A stretch of DNA of 64,000 nt from an uncultured Actinomycetes bacterium (GCA_963755155.1 CAVWIV010000004.1:24386-88385); one strand, 5' to 3'; shown: positions 10,583 to 20,358, counted from the first letter of the stretch. Notes: generated from the sequence alone by a model not told the origin. Program-made: numbers and translations.

Positions 10583-11876
10583 AGCTCGCGGATCTCCCGT
10601 CGGTCGACGAGCTCCTGCGCGACCCGCTGCTCGCGGCGGCACCGCACGGGCTCGCTGTCGACGCCGCGCGCACCGTGCTCGACCGCGCACGCGATGAGAT
10701 CCGAGCCGGCCGCGAGCCGGGCGAGCTGGCCGCGATGGTCTCCGAGGAGATCGCGGCCGCCCACGCGTACCGCCTGCGCTCTGCCGTCAACGCCACGGGC
10801 GTCATCGCGCACACGAATCTCGGTCGCGCACCGCTCGCGGCGACTGCGCTCGACCGCGTGAACGAGGTCGGTCGCGGCTACTCGAACCTCGAGTACGACC
10901 TCGCCGAAGGGCGGCGCGGTTCACGCCAGGATCACGTCACGGAGATCCTGCGCCGGCTGACAGGCGCCGAGGCGGCGCTCGTCGTCAACAACAACGCGGC
11001 TGCCGTGCTCCTGGCCCTGGCCGCGCTTGCGGAAGGACGCGAGGTGCTCGTGTCCCGTGGCGAGCTGATCGAGATCGGCGACGGATTCCGCATCCCCGAC
11101 GTGCTCGCGCGCTCGGGCGCTCGGCTCGTCGAGGTCGGGACGACGAACCGAACCCGCGCCGCGGACTACGAGCGGGCCGCCGGTCCGGAGACCGCCCTCC
11201 TGCTCCGCGTGCACCAGTCGAACTTCCGCGTGCTCGGCTTCACCGACCGCCCGTCGCTGGCCGAGCTGGCCGCGGTCGCCACGGCACATGACCTCGCGCT
11301 CGTCGACGACCTCGGCTCCGGCGCGCTCGTGCCGCTCGGCGACGAGCCGCAGGCGCGCGAGAGCCTCGCGGCGGGCGCCGGCCTCGTCTGCTTCTCGGGG
11401 GACAAGCTTCTGGGCGGGCCGCAGGCGGGCATCGTCGTCGGTCGGGCAGACCTCGTCGAAAGACTGCGGCGCCATCCTCTCCAGCGGGCGCTGCGGGCCG
11501 ACAAGCTCACGCTCGCCGCGCTCGAAGGCACGCTGACGCTCTACCTCGACCCCGACCGCGCACGCCGCGAGATTCCCGTGCTGCGGATGCTCGAAGAGCC
11601 CCCGGACGCCGTGCGGGCCGGGCAGAGCGCCTGGCCGCGGCGGCCGGCGGCGAGGTCGAGGAGACCGTCGCGCGCGTCGGCGGCGGCGCGCTGCCGCTGG
11701 CGGAGCTGGCGAGCTACGCGTGCGCCGTCGAAGAGGAGCTCGCGACGCCGCTACGCCTCGGCGAGCCGCCGGTGGTCGGGGTCGTCCGTGACGGCCGCCT
11801 GCTCCTCGACTGCCGCACGGTGTCCGACGCGGAGATCGACGCCGTGGCGGCAGCCGTCCTTGCTGCCCGCGCATGA
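10579..11876 (+). CDS. selA: L-seryl-tRNA(Sec) selenium transferase SelA; one inferred frame break near 11618
   Basis: GTG 10579 overlaps the punA stop (GTGA). Contains NATGVIAHTNLGRAPL, YSNLEYDL..GRRGSR, LVVNNNAAAVLLAL and CFSGDKLLGGPQAGIVVG (PLP lysine). After EEPPDAVRA the called frame (ORF 10315..11955) turns Arg/Ser-rich. The next frame reads AERLAAAAGGEVEETVARVGGGALPLAELASYACAV...LLLDCRTVSDAEIDAVAAAVLAARA and stops at 11874-11876. Confidence 0.88.
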
Positions 11877-12824
11877 GCGAGCCCTCGCCTCAGGCGCAGC
11901 TGTGGGACCTCCTGCGCGGCGCACTTGGCACGCGCGCGCTAGGGATCGTCGCTGAGCTGCGGGTAGCAGAGATGCTCGCGGACGGCCCCAAAGCTGCCGC
12001 TGAGCTGGGGCGAGAGGCCGGCGCCGACGCCGACACGCTCCATCGCCTCTTACGAGCGCTGGCGAGCGACGGGGTCTTCGCCGAGAACGAGCCCGGCATC
12101 TTCCGCAACACGCCGGCGTCCGAGCTGTTGATAGGCGGCGGTTGGAGCGACTTCGCGAGGCTCTTTGGCGGAGTGTTCCACCAGGCGGTCGCCGGTTTGG
12201 ACACCACGGGCGAGACTGCTTTCTCGCGCGACTTTGGCACCGACCTCTGGTCGTGGTTCGCTCAGCACCCAGAGAAACGAGCTTCATTCGACCGCGCAAT
12301 GCAGCTCGGGGCGAGCCAGCGTGTGGAGCAGCTCACATCGTTGGAGTGGCGGGGCGACGAGACAGTCGTCGACGTAGGTGGCGGCAACGGGTCGCTGCTC
12401 GCCGAGCTGCTGCGTGTCGAGCCTGCTTTGCGCGGCATCGTGTTCGACCTTCCCGAGACGGTGCGCGACGAGGCCACGCTTGGCGAGCGAATCACATTCG
12501 TGGAGGGAAGCTTCTTCGAACGTGTGCCCGAGGGCGACGTCTACATCGTCTCCAAGATCCTCCACGACTGGGACGACGAGCCGGCGACGGCGATCCTGCG
12601 CACCATCAGAGCCGCCGCTCCGGTCGGCGCCCGCGTGCTCATCCTCGAGACGGTGCTCACCGACGGAAACGAGCCGGACGGCGCGAAGTGGCTCGACCTG
12701 CTGATGCTTGACGCTCGCCGGCGGGCGCGAGCGCAACGACGCCGAGTGGCGTGCGCTGCTCGCTGCCGGAGGCTTCGAGCCCGTGAGCATCGAGGATGGC
12801 CTGATCGAGGCTCGATGTCGCTAA
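11873..12824 (+). CDS. Class I SAM-dependent O-methyltransferase (Methyltransf_2/COMT-like, with N-terminal dimerisation/wHTH domain); one inferred frame break near 12709
   Basis: The ATG overlaps the selA stop (ATGA). Contains VVDVGGGNGSLLAELL (SAM motif I), GIVFDLPE and SKILHDWDDE (catalytic His region). The track fuses it to selB (ORF 11873..14476), but after KWLDLLML the neighbouring frame reads LAGGRERNDAEWRALLAAGGFEPVSIEDGLIEARCR and stops at 12822-12824. Confidence 0.85.
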
Positions 12825-14476
12825 CAGTCGGCACTGCGGGTCACATCGACCACGGCAAGACGGCGCTCGTGCGCGCGCTTACCGGCAAGGACACGGACCG
12901 GCTGCCCGAGGAGCAGGCGCGCGGCATCTCGATCGAGCTCGGCTATGCGCCGCTCGATCTGCCGGACGGACGGCGGCTCTCGCTCGTCGACGTCCCGGGC
13001 CACGAGCGTTTCGTGCGCACGATGGTCGCGGGCGCGACCGGCATCGACCTCTTCCTGCTCGTCGTCGACGCAGGCGAGGGCGCGCGGCCACAGACCCACG
13101 AGCACCTCGCCGTGCTGAAGCTGCTCGGCGTCGACCGCGGAGTCGTCGCCGTGACGAAGGCTGACGCGGTGGACGAAGACACGCTCGCACTTGCCGTCGA
13201 GGAGGCCCGGGGGCTCGTCCCCGGTGCGGCCGTCGTCGCCACGAGCGCAAAGACGGAGCAGGGGCTGGACGAGCTGCGCGCGGCACTCGCGGCAGCAACA
13301 GACGGGGCCGAGGCGACACACGTCTCCGGCGCGACCCGGCTGTTCGTCGACCGTGCGTTCACGCTCCACGGGATCGGCACCGTCGCTACCGGCACGCTCT
13401 GGTCGGGACGGATCGCCGCGGGCGACGAGCTGCGCGCGGAGCCCAGCGGCCTCGATGTCCGCGTGCGGAGTGTGGAGGTGCACGACCGCGCCGTCGACGC
13501 CGCAGAGGCCGGCCAGCGCGTTGCGGTCAGCCTCCCCGGGATCGAGCGAACGCAGCTGCGGCGCGGCGTCGCCCTCGTCGAGCCTGGTGCGTACCCGACG
13601 AGCTTCCGCCTGGACGTCGCGCTCGAGGAGCTCGAGCCCATCGCCGACGGCGCGCGCGTGCACGTCCACCACGGCACCGCAGAGATCCCGGCCGCGGTCA
13701 GGCGGATCGGCGAGCGGCACGCGCAGCTGCGCCTCACCGCGCCTGCCGTCGCCGCCCGCGGCGACCGCCTCGTGCTCCGCGCGGGCACGACCGTCGGCGG
13801 CGGCCGGGTCATCGACCCTGCTCCCCCGCGCCACGCGAGCCTCGAGCGCATCGAGTTGATCGAGCGGGGGGACATCGCCGCGACCGTCCATTCGCCTGTT
13901 CGAGCCGCAACGCTCGGTGCTGAGCCGGACGGACTGGAGCGCGCCGGCGACTGGGTCTTCTCCGGCGCGTGGCTCGCCGAATACCGCGCCGGCCTCGAGC
14001 AGAGGCTCGATGACGCCGATCCACTCGACCCGGGCGTCGCACTGCCTGCCGATCCGTGGGCCGCCGACGTGCTTCCTCTGCTCGGCCTCGAGCGGCGCGG
14101 CGCGAAGCTCTACCGTCCAGGAGCGACCGGCGAGCTGGGCGACAAGCAGGCCGCGGCCGACGAGCTGGAGGCGCGGCTCGGGTTGGAGCCCGTGAAGGTG
14201 GCCGACCGTGCGCTCGCCCGCTATCTCGAGGAGCGGGGCACGCTCGTGCGGGTCGGCGACGGCTACGCCGTCTCACGAGACGCCTACGACGGGGCGCGGG
14301 TGACCCTCGTCGAGGAGTGCGGCGCAGCGGGCAGCATCACGCTTGCCCGCTTCCGTGACCTGCTCGGCGTCGGCCGGCGCGCGGCCCAGCTGCTCCTCGA
14401 GCGGTTCGACGCGGACGGCGTCACCCGACGCGTCGGCGACGGGCGCGTGCTGCGACGCGCCGCAAAGGGCAGCTGA
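12815..14476 (+). CDS. selB: Selenocysteine-specific elongation factor SelB
   Basis: MSLTVGTAGHIDHGKTALV (G1), DVPGHERF (G3) and TKADAV (G4, NKxD-like), followed by beta-barrel domains and C-terminal winged-helix repeats (ITLARFRDLLGVGRRAAQLLLERFDADGVTRRVGD). The ATG lies 10 nt inside the methyltransferase 3' end. Confidence 0.9.
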   Translation: MSLTVGTAGHIDHGKTALVRALTGKDTDRLPEEQARGISIELGYAPLDLPDGRRLSLVDVPGHERFVRTMVAGATGIDLFLLVVDAGEGARPQTHEHLAVLKLLGVDRGVVAVTKADAVDEDTLALAVEEARGLVPGAAVVATSAKTEQGLDELRAALAAATDGAEATHVSGATRLFVDRAFTLHGIGTVATGTLWSGRIAAGDELRAEPSGLDVRVRSVEVHDRAVDAAEAGQRVAVSLPGIERTQLRRGVALVEPGAYPTSFRLDVALEELEPIADGARVHVHHGTAEIPAAVRRIGERHAQLRLTAPAVAARGDRLVLRAGTTVGGGRVIDPAPPRHASLERIELIERGDIAATVHSPVRAATLGAEPDGLERAGDWVFSGAWLAEYRAGLEQRLDDADPLDPGVALPADPWAADVLPLLGLERRGAKLYRPGATGELGDKQAAADELEARLGLEPVKVADRALARYLEERGTLVRVGDGYAVSRDAYDGARVTLVEECGAAGSITLARFRDLLGVGRRAAQLLLERFDADGVTRRVGDGRVLRRAAKGS

Positions 14477-14477
14477 C

Positions 14478-15029
14478 GTGCGCGGGTGGATCCCCGGCTT
14501 GCTGATCGCGTTCGGCGCCGCCCTGTTCCTCGTGTGGGGCTCACTGGCCGGGCCGGACTCGCCGCCGAAGCTCGATACACGCTCGGCGACGGTCCTCGCC
14601 TCCGGCATCGTCGCGAGCGTGACCGACGGCGACACGATCCGCCTGGCCGACAACCGCCGCATCCGGCTCGTCCAGATCGACGCGCCGGAGCGTCCGTCGG
14701 GCGAGTGCTACGCCGAGCGGGCGACGATGGCGCTCAACCGCCTCGCGCCGGTCGGCACCATCGTCTCGATCCGCCTCGACCGAAGGCTCGACGCAAAGGA
14801 TGAGAACGGAAGAGTCCTCGCGTACGTGATCTCCGGCAAGAGGAACTTCAACGTCGAGCTCGTGGAGCAGGGCGCCGCCGCTCCGTACTTCTTCCGCGGT
14901 AGGCGCGGCCAGTATGCGGAAGACCTCATGCGGGCTGCAGTACGAGCCCAGACGGGCCGAAAAGGGCTCTGGGGCACGTGTCCCGGGACGAACCTCGATC
15001 CGACCCGTCCGGTGAACGCGCGCAAGTAA
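14478..15029 (+). CDS. Membrane-anchored/secreted thermonuclease (SNase-like) family protein
   Basis: GTG 14478 lies 2 nt after the selB stop. An N-terminal hydrophobic helix (IPGLLIAFGAALFLVWG) is followed by VTDGDTIRLADNRRIRLVQIDAPE...GRVLAYV..NFNVELVEQGAA..GLWG, the staphylococcal-nuclease pattern. Confidence 0.8.
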   Translation: MRGWIPGLLIAFGAALFLVWGSLAGPDSPPKLDTRSATVLASGIVASVTDGDTIRLADNRRIRLVQIDAPERPSGECYAERATMALNRLAPVGTIVSIRLDRRLDAKDENGRVLAYVISGKRNFNVELVEQGAAAPYFFRGRRGQYAEDLMRAAVRAQTGRKGLWGTCPGTNLDPTRPVNARK

Positions 15030-15066
15030 CGGTTTAGGGGGTCCCCGATGGGGGGATGCCCTAGGC

Positions 15067-15378
15067 ATGGAGACAGTCGTGTTCGTTCCAGAGTGCCAAG
15101 AGCTCGAGCAGGCGGAGACGGATGACGCGTCCGCGATGATCGTCGACGTGAGCACGTCCGACTCTACGAGCACGCGGGCACTCAACGCCCTGCTTGCGAC
15201 ACGCAACCGGTTGCTGGCGCACGGTGGCCGCATGGCCGTGGTGGTTTCGCCAAGGAATCGGAGGCGCCTCGGCTTGCTCGGTCTCGACCGCCGCTTCATC
15301 CTCGCTGCCGACCGGCGTCAGGCACTCGAGCGACTCGGGCTCGTCGACGTCGGCAGGCATCTGTCGCGCGCCGCCTGA
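15067..15378 (+). CDS. STAS-domain protein (anti-sigma-factor-antagonist-like)
   Basis: 103 aa. IVDVSTSDSTSTRALNALL resembles the phosphorylatable DS-loop of SpoIIAA/RsbV-type STAS proteins, followed by GGRMAVVV...LLGLDRRFILA. Confidence 0.6.
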   Translation: METVVFVPECQELEQAETDDASAMIVDVSTSDSTSTRALNALLATRNRLLAHGGRMAVVVSPRNRRRLGLLGLDRRFILAADRRQALERLGLVDVGRHLSRAA

Positions 15379-15398
15379 TTCGGCGCCTTGACTGACAC

Positions 15399-15424
15399 GC
15401 CCGCCGTTGTCATCATCGGCGGGC
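15399..15424. terminator. Hairpin after the STAS gene
   Basis: gcccgccg-ttgtcatcat-cggcgggc: perfect 8-bp GC stem, 21 nt after the stop at 15378. Confidence 0.45.
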
Positions 15425-15459
15425 TGCGGCATGTTCGTCGAACCTGCGGAGGTGGGTAA

Positions 15460-16875
15460 TTGGCGAAGCCGGCAGTCCTCCTTCTACTGACGATCGCGCT
15501 TGTCGCCGCGTGCGGTGGGGGCGGCGGCGGCACGGCGACGATCGTCACGCAGACGACACCACAGCCGCCGCCCGCGCCAGGGCCGCTGACGAAGAAGCTC
15601 AAGGTTCTCTTCGAAGCCGGTGGGCCGTACGCCGAGGACTCGATGTACGCCTGTCTCGCCGACGCGCTCGCCCAGGGGATCCCGTACGAGCAGGCGCTCG
15701 AGCTCTGCGAGACGAAGCTCCTGGAGACGGCGCTCGAGGAGTTCGGCGAGGCGCCGTTCGACCCCATCGGCTCGCAGCCCGGCATGAGAACACGGCGGCC
15801 GTTCGATCCCGCCAAGGTCACGGCGGCTTGCTCGAGCGGCGACCCGGCCATCGCGGCCGACGGCGGATCACGAGTCTACGAAGACCCGCAGGGTCGCCAA
15901 TGGGGGAGCTATTCGTGGGGCTCCGGCGAGGGCCAGAAGGGGCTCACCGAGGCCGAGTCGAGAGCGGCGAAGGAAGCCGCGGTACAGGAGGCTCTCGCGG
16001 CCGACGCCGTGCTCGATGCAGTCGAGGCGGCGAGACGTGCCGTCTTTGACAAGATCGCCACAGAGAAGGTCAAGAACGCCCAGGCGCTCACGAACGCGGT
16101 CTACCACCTCACGTCCGCAGCGCTCGCGGCGGCCGCCGCCGCAGCCGTGAAGGCGACGAAGGACCCGAATGCGAGCCCTCCGCCGCCCCCTCAACCTCCA
16201 CCGACGCCGACGACGACGCCGGCTCCGACGACCGAGCCCGCTCCGACGAGCCCGGCACCCACGTCGCCTCAACCAACAGGACCTGCGCCGGAGCCGACGG
16301 CCCCGACGCCGACGAGCCCGCAGAGCCGTAGCGACAGCTCAGAGTGCGACGAGGCGCTGCAGGCAGCACGCGAGTACCTCTACGAGTGCAACCGAAACGG
16401 CTGGAGCACGTTCGGGTGCAAGCAGCTCGAGGCGAAGGCGCATCGCTGCCCAGATCCGGCGCTGATCCTCGTCGATCCGGAGCAGGGCTACACGTGCGGC
16501 GACACCCCCGATCCGCTCGCCCTCGTCTCCGCCTGGAAGACGCGGTGCCAGCAGCTGAAGCGCGGCGTCGACGGGGAGGATCCATGTTCCCTGCCCAGAC
16601 TGGACGAGAGCTTCCGGAAGGTGTCGGGTACGGGAGGATTCGATCCGTGCACGGACCCGGCCGCGCGCGTCGATCCGGATAGCGGGGCCTGCGCGGGCAC
16701 GCTCGTGCTCCCAGACCTCGGCACCGTGGACATCCATGAGATCTACGTCTTCGCCCTCAACCACTTCGGCGGCCCGATCTTCGTGCTCCCCAAGGACCCG
16801 AAGCCGCCGGGTGGCTGGTCACCCGGCCCCGAGCCCCGGCCTCCGCCGCCCACCGCCACGGTCCCCGAGCCCTAG
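15460..16875 (+). CDS. Putative lipoprotein with Pro/Thr-rich linker and Cys-rich C-terminal domain (function unknown)
   Basis: TTG start preceded by ggaggtggg. Lipobox LVAAC followed by GGGGGG. The central linker is PPPPPQPPPTPTTTPAPTTEPAPTSPAPTSPQPTGPAPEPTAPTPTSP. The C-terminal roughly 170 aa holds 10 Cys. Confidence 0.65.
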   Translation: MAKPAVLLLLTIALVAACGGGGGGTATIVTQTTPQPPPAPGPLTKKLKVLFEAGGPYAEDSMYACLADALAQGIPYEQALELCETKLLETALEEFGEAPFDPIGSQPGMRTRRPFDPAKVTAACSSGDPAIAADGGSRVYEDPQGRQWGSYSWGSGEGQKGLTEAESRAAKEAAVQEALAADAVLDAVEAARRAVFDKIATEKVKNAQALTNAVYHLTSAALAAAAAAAVKATKDPNASPPPPPQPPPTPTTTPAPTTEPAPTSPAPTSPQPTGPAPEPTAPTPTSPQSRSDSSECDEALQAAREYLYECNRNGWSTFGCKQLEAKAHRCPDPALILVDPEQGYTCGDTPDPLALVSAWKTRCQQLKRGVDGEDPCSLPRLDESFRKVSGTGGFDPCTDPAARVDPDSGACAGTLVLPDLGTVDIHEIYVFALNHFGGPIFVLPKDPKPPGGWSPGPEPRPPPPTATVPEP

Positions 16876-16923
16876 CTCCCAGCACCGCGTTTTGCATGGC
16901 CACGGCCGGGGAAACCTGTCGGT

Positions 16924-18303
16924 ATGGCGAGCGTGCGGCCGCGCGGCTTGCCCGCGCGTTACGAGGACCTGGAGCTTGTAGCCCAAGGGGGGATGGCCGA
17001 CGTCTACCGTGCGAGAGACTCGGTCCTAGGTCGCGTCGTCGCCGTGAAGATGCTGGCCGACCGCTACGCGGCGGACGACGACTTCCGCGCACGCTTCACC
17101 CGTGAGGCGCTGACCGCCGCCTCCCTGTCCCACCCCAACGTCGTGACGATCTTCGACGTCGGCGAGACTGACGAGGGAACGCCGTTCATCGTCATGGAGC
17201 ACCTCGCCGGCGGATCGCTGGCGGATCGGGCTCGGGGCGGGCGAATCCCGCACGCCACCGCGATCGCGTGGCTCGACCAGGCCGCCCGCGCGCTCGATGC
17301 CGCGCATGCCGCTGGCATCGTCCATCGGGACGTGAAACCCGGCAACCTCATGCTCGACGACGAGGGTGACGTGCACGTCACCGACTTCGGCATCGCCCGC
17401 GCAGCGGCGCACGATCCGCTGACGTCCGCAGGCACGATTCTCGGCAGCTCCGGGTACATGGCGCCCGAACAGGCCCGCGGCGAGCCCGCCACTGCCGCCA
17501 GCGACCGGTACGCGCTGGGCTGCGTCGCCTTCGAGCTGCTGACCGGGCGCCGCCCGTTCGAGGCCGACTCGCCGACGGCCGAGGCGGTGCTTCATGCCTC
17601 CGAACCGCCTCCCCAGCCGTCCGAGGTGGAGCCGAGCCTGCCGGCGGCGGTCGACACCGTGCTCCAGCGGGCTCTTGCCAAGAGCCCCGACGCCCGGCCG
17701 CAAAGCGCCGCTGCCCTCGTGAGCGGCTTGCGCCACGCGCTGCTGGAGGACGACTCCCCCACGCAGCTCATTGGCACGCCCGTGCACGACAAGCCGACGC
17801 GTGCGCCGCGCCGCAAGCGCCGTCCGCTCAGTCTCGCCGCCGCTCTCCTCGTGCTGGTGGGCGCCGGTACCGCAGCCGGCCTCGCGTTGACCGACGACTC
17901 CGGAGGCTCGGGGCAGACGGTCGTCGTAACCGAGACCGGGCCCGGCACGACGGTCACGGTCGGGAGCCGGCCCCCATCCCCGCCGTCCCGTTCTTTCGAG
18001 AGCGCCGCGGCCGCCAACGACAGCGCCTACGAGATGATGCTGAACGAAGACTTCGAGACGGCGCTGCCGCTCCTCGAGGGCGCCTACGAAAGGCTGACCG
18101 GCTCGGCGACGAAAGCGGAGGCGTTCACCGCCTACAACCTCGCCTTCACGCGCTTCGCGCTCGGCTCCTGCCAGGACGTCCTTCCGCTCCTGGATCGCTC
18201 CGAGGCGATCCAGGGCGAACGCCGGGAGATCTCGCGGCTACGTCACCGCGCCGAGCGGTCGTGCAACGGAGGCAATGGGTCGGACGAAGGCGACGACGAC
18301 TAG
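16924..18303 (+). CDS. Hanks-type Ser/Thr protein kinase with one TM helix and an extracytoplasmic TPR-like C-terminal domain
   Basis: VAVKML (catalytic Lys), HRDVKPGNLML, DFGIAR and GSSGYMAPEQ. TM helix LSLAAALLVLVGAGTAAGLAL. Confidence 0.9.
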   Translation: MASVRPRGLPARYEDLELVAQGGMADVYRARDSVLGRVVAVKMLADRYAADDDFRARFTREALTAASLSHPNVVTIFDVGETDEGTPFIVMEHLAGGSLADRARGGRIPHATAIAWLDQAARALDAAHAAGIVHRDVKPGNLMLDDEGDVHVTDFGIARAAAHDPLTSAGTILGSSGYMAPEQARGEPATAASDRYALGCVAFELLTGRRPFEADSPTAEAVLHASEPPPQPSEVEPSLPAAVDTVLQRALAKSPDARPQSAAALVSGLRHALLEDDSPTQLIGTPVHDKPTRAPRRKRRPLSLAAALLVLVGAGTAAGLALTDDSGGSGQTVVVTETGPGTTVTVGSRPPSPPSRSFESAAAANDSAYEMMLNEDFETALPLLEGAYERLTGSATKAEAFTAYNLAFTRFALGSCQDVLPLLDRSEAIQGERREISRLRHRAERSCNGGNGSDEGDDD

Positions 18304-19283
18304 AAACGGAGCGGCGCCCTTGGCCGGCCCAGCGCGCCGATCGCGAGCGAGCCAACGACGCCGGAGAGACCGACGACGAGCGCGCTCATTACGAGCAGGA
18401 GCCCGGAGGCAAGTGAGAAGTTGATGGCGATGTCCTTGCCGACGCCGAGCGCGAGCAAGATGGCGGCCGACGCGCCGGCATTGACGACCGCCCCGCCCGA
18501 GGTGATCGGGATCACGGCGGCAGCGGCGCCGAGGCAGATCAGCGACAGCGCGATCGTCGGCGAGAACGAGAGCCCGAGCGCTGCCAGCAGCGCGGCGCTG
18601 CCGAAGGCACGCGACGACCAGCAGGCGAAGAGGTAGAACCAGGCGACGGTGGCGCTGCGTCGTCCGTCGGGCGTAGCGTGGCGCGCGACCTGCTCGGTGA
18701 CGGTGCGGAGGCGGCGGCTGCGACGCAGGAGCGGCAGCCTCAGCAGGCGCACGCCGAAGACGAGCAGCGTGCAACAGCAGACGCCGAACGCGACGACGAT
18801 CAGCAGCGGCCCGCGCAGGGCAGTGTCAGTGGTCGCCGTCGCCGAGATCGCCAGCGGCAACATCGCGATCGCGTCGATCATCCCCAGGGAGATGATCGAC
18901 AGGACGATCGCCTCGAGCCCGATGCGGATGCCGCCGAGCTTCCGCAGGACCCCGACCTTGACCAGGTAGTCCAGCCGGAAGGGGAGTACGGCGCCGCTCG
19001 CAGCGGCTGCGCCGACCGAGGCAAGGCAGCGGGCCTGGTCGGGGCACTGCCCCGTCGGAAACAGCCGGTGCCAACCCCGCGCGCGGAAGACGAAACTGGC
19101 CATATACGCGAACCCGGCCGCCGCGGCGAACAGCGGCTGAACGTTCGCGAGCGGCCAACTCGAGTCGGTCAGCCTGCGTGCGACGAGGACGGAAGCCGCG
19201 ATGGCGAGCACGGCAAAGGCGACGCCGGTCACCAACCGCCGAGACTGCCCTGCCGCGGCAACGCGGAGGAGACCGCCGATCAC
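18300..19283 (-). CDS. Polytopic membrane protein, lysyl-PG-synthase-TM / flippase-like (UPF0104) type
   Basis: About 8 TM helices with the pattern RARGWHRLFP early and a G/A-rich helix near the end. The start is set at GTG 19283, which overlaps the XRE gene stop (GTGA). The longer ORF 18300..19469 would overlap that gene by 190 nt. Confidence 0.55.
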   Translation of the reverse strand: MIGGLLRVAAAGQSRRLVTGVAFAVLAIAASVLVARRLTDSSWPLANVQPLFAAAAGFAYMASFVFRARGWHRLFPTGQCPDQARCLASVGAAAASGAVLPFRLDYLVKVGVLRKLGGIRIGLEAIVLSIISLGMIDAIAMLPLAISATATTDTALRGPLLIVVAFGVCCCTLLVFGVRLLRLPLLRRSRRLRTVTEQVARHATPDGRRSATVAWFYLFACWSSRAFGSAALLAALGLSFSPTIALSLICLGAAAAVIPITSGGAVVNAGASAAILLALGVGKDIAINFSLASGLLLVMSALVVGLSGVVGSLAIGALGRPRAPLRF

Positions 19284-20140
19284 GCTCCGACCGGCCCCCC
19301 TCCACCGGCCGCTTCCAATGCGGACAGGTTGCGGACGACCTCGAATGCCTCCTCCGGGGTCTGGACGGACCCGAGGATCGCTCTCTCGGCCCGGAGCAGC
19401 GAGAGAGCCAGCTGCTCCTGGGAGAACTCGAGCACCTTCTTGCGTCGTTCGTGCCCAAGCTGACGCCACGACTCGAGCAACTGACGAAGCTCCGGATCGT
19501 CAGGCGTGATCTGATCTGAGTACTGCTGCCAGGCCTCGAGCACCTCGCCGGCGGCCGTGTCCAGGAAGAGGCGCCCGGCCAGGGCGCAATTCTCCTCGCT
19601 TGGAGCATCCTCGAGCTGCTCGAGCCGCCGGCGCTTCTCAGCGACCTCGACGGCGCGCCGTTGGGCAAGCACCCCCACCTCGCGCAACTGCTTGCGAGCC
19701 TCGCGCGGCGGCTCGGCTGACACCCGTTCGCGGGTCGCGTCCAGATCCTGCTGAATCCCTGCCAGCGCCCTCTCGGCATCGGCCAGCTCGTCCCGGAGCC
19801 GACGCTCACGCTCACTCTCGGCGTCGAGCCGCGAAAGAGCAGGGTCGTGCTCGGCTCTGCTCGGCTCGGGCAGCGCCTCGATCGCCTGTCGCAGGAGCTG
19901 CTGCGCTCTCGCCCCCCGAATGTGCCCCGTGAAGACAAGAAGCAGCTGCGCATCCCGACCGAGGGCCTTCGCGAGTCTCACGAGCGTCTCGGCAACGGGT
20001 CGTTCAACCTCGCCCGCCTCGATCCGGCTGATCTGCGCAGCCGAGAGGCCGCTCCGCCGCGCCAGTTCCCGCATCGATAGGCGCGCGCGCACCCTCGCAT
20101 CTCTGATCACCTCGGCCAGCGTCTGTACGTGTTCTTGCAT
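19280..20140 (-). CDS. XRE-family HTH transcriptional regulator with a long coiled-coil/helical C-terminal extension
   Basis: IRDARVRARLSMRELARRSGLSAAQISRIEAGEVERPVAETLVRLAKALG is a classical Cro/C1 HTH. The remaining roughly 210 aa are Glu/Arg/Leu-rich helices. Confidence 0.8.
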   Translation of the reverse strand: MQEHVQTLAEVIRDARVRARLSMRELARRSGLSAAQISRIEAGEVERPVAETLVRLAKALGRDAQLLLVFTGHIRGARAQQLLRQAIEALPEPSRAEHDPALSRLDAESERERRLRDELADAERALAGIQQDLDATRERVSAEPPREARKQLREVGVLAQRRAVEVAEKRRRLEQLEDAPSEENCALAGRLFLDTAAGEVLEAWQQYSDQITPDDPELRQLLESWRQLGHERRKKVLEFSQEQLALSLLRAERAILGSVQTPEEAFEVVRNLSALEAAGGGGPVGA

Positions 20141-20358
20141 CGCGCTTTCCTAAAGTCTACCCGCTATGTAACGTTGAGTAAATACTAGCGTTACCTGAAG
20201 CAACAAGGTCGTGCTATACTCGCCAAGCGCGTAGGCCAAGCGCGGCAGCCGCCGAGGCTCTTTGCTCTTCCTCTTCGTCTCTCACACCTGGCTTGAGTGC
20301 GCTCATGGAGCGCTCAGCCGAGCGTTCCATCCTGCAAGACGAAACAGAGGAGCACCAT
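20141..20358. promoter_or_regulatory. Divergent promoter/operator region; lowest-GC stretch of the window
   Basis: Plus strand: TTACCT (20191-96), 18 nt, TATACT (20215-20). Minus strand: TTACTC, 16 nt, TAGACT, ending about 16 nt before the XRE ATG. An inverted repeat GTAACG-n15-CGTTAC (20168-73 / 20189-94) overlaps both -35 elements. A direct repeat GCCAAGCGCG occurs twice (20222-31, 20235-44) in the roughly 135-nt leader of the downstream gene. Confidence 0.4.

Noticed and set aside
11873-14476. 867-aa ORF that looks like a natural O-methyltransferase-SelB fusion protein
   Set aside because: The linker (DARRRARAQRRRVACAARCRRLRAREHRGWPDRGS) is junk. The adjacent frame gives a normal methyltransferase C-terminus ending in TAA at 12822-24. 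SelB has its own ATG at 12815. This points to a single indel near 12709, not a fusion.
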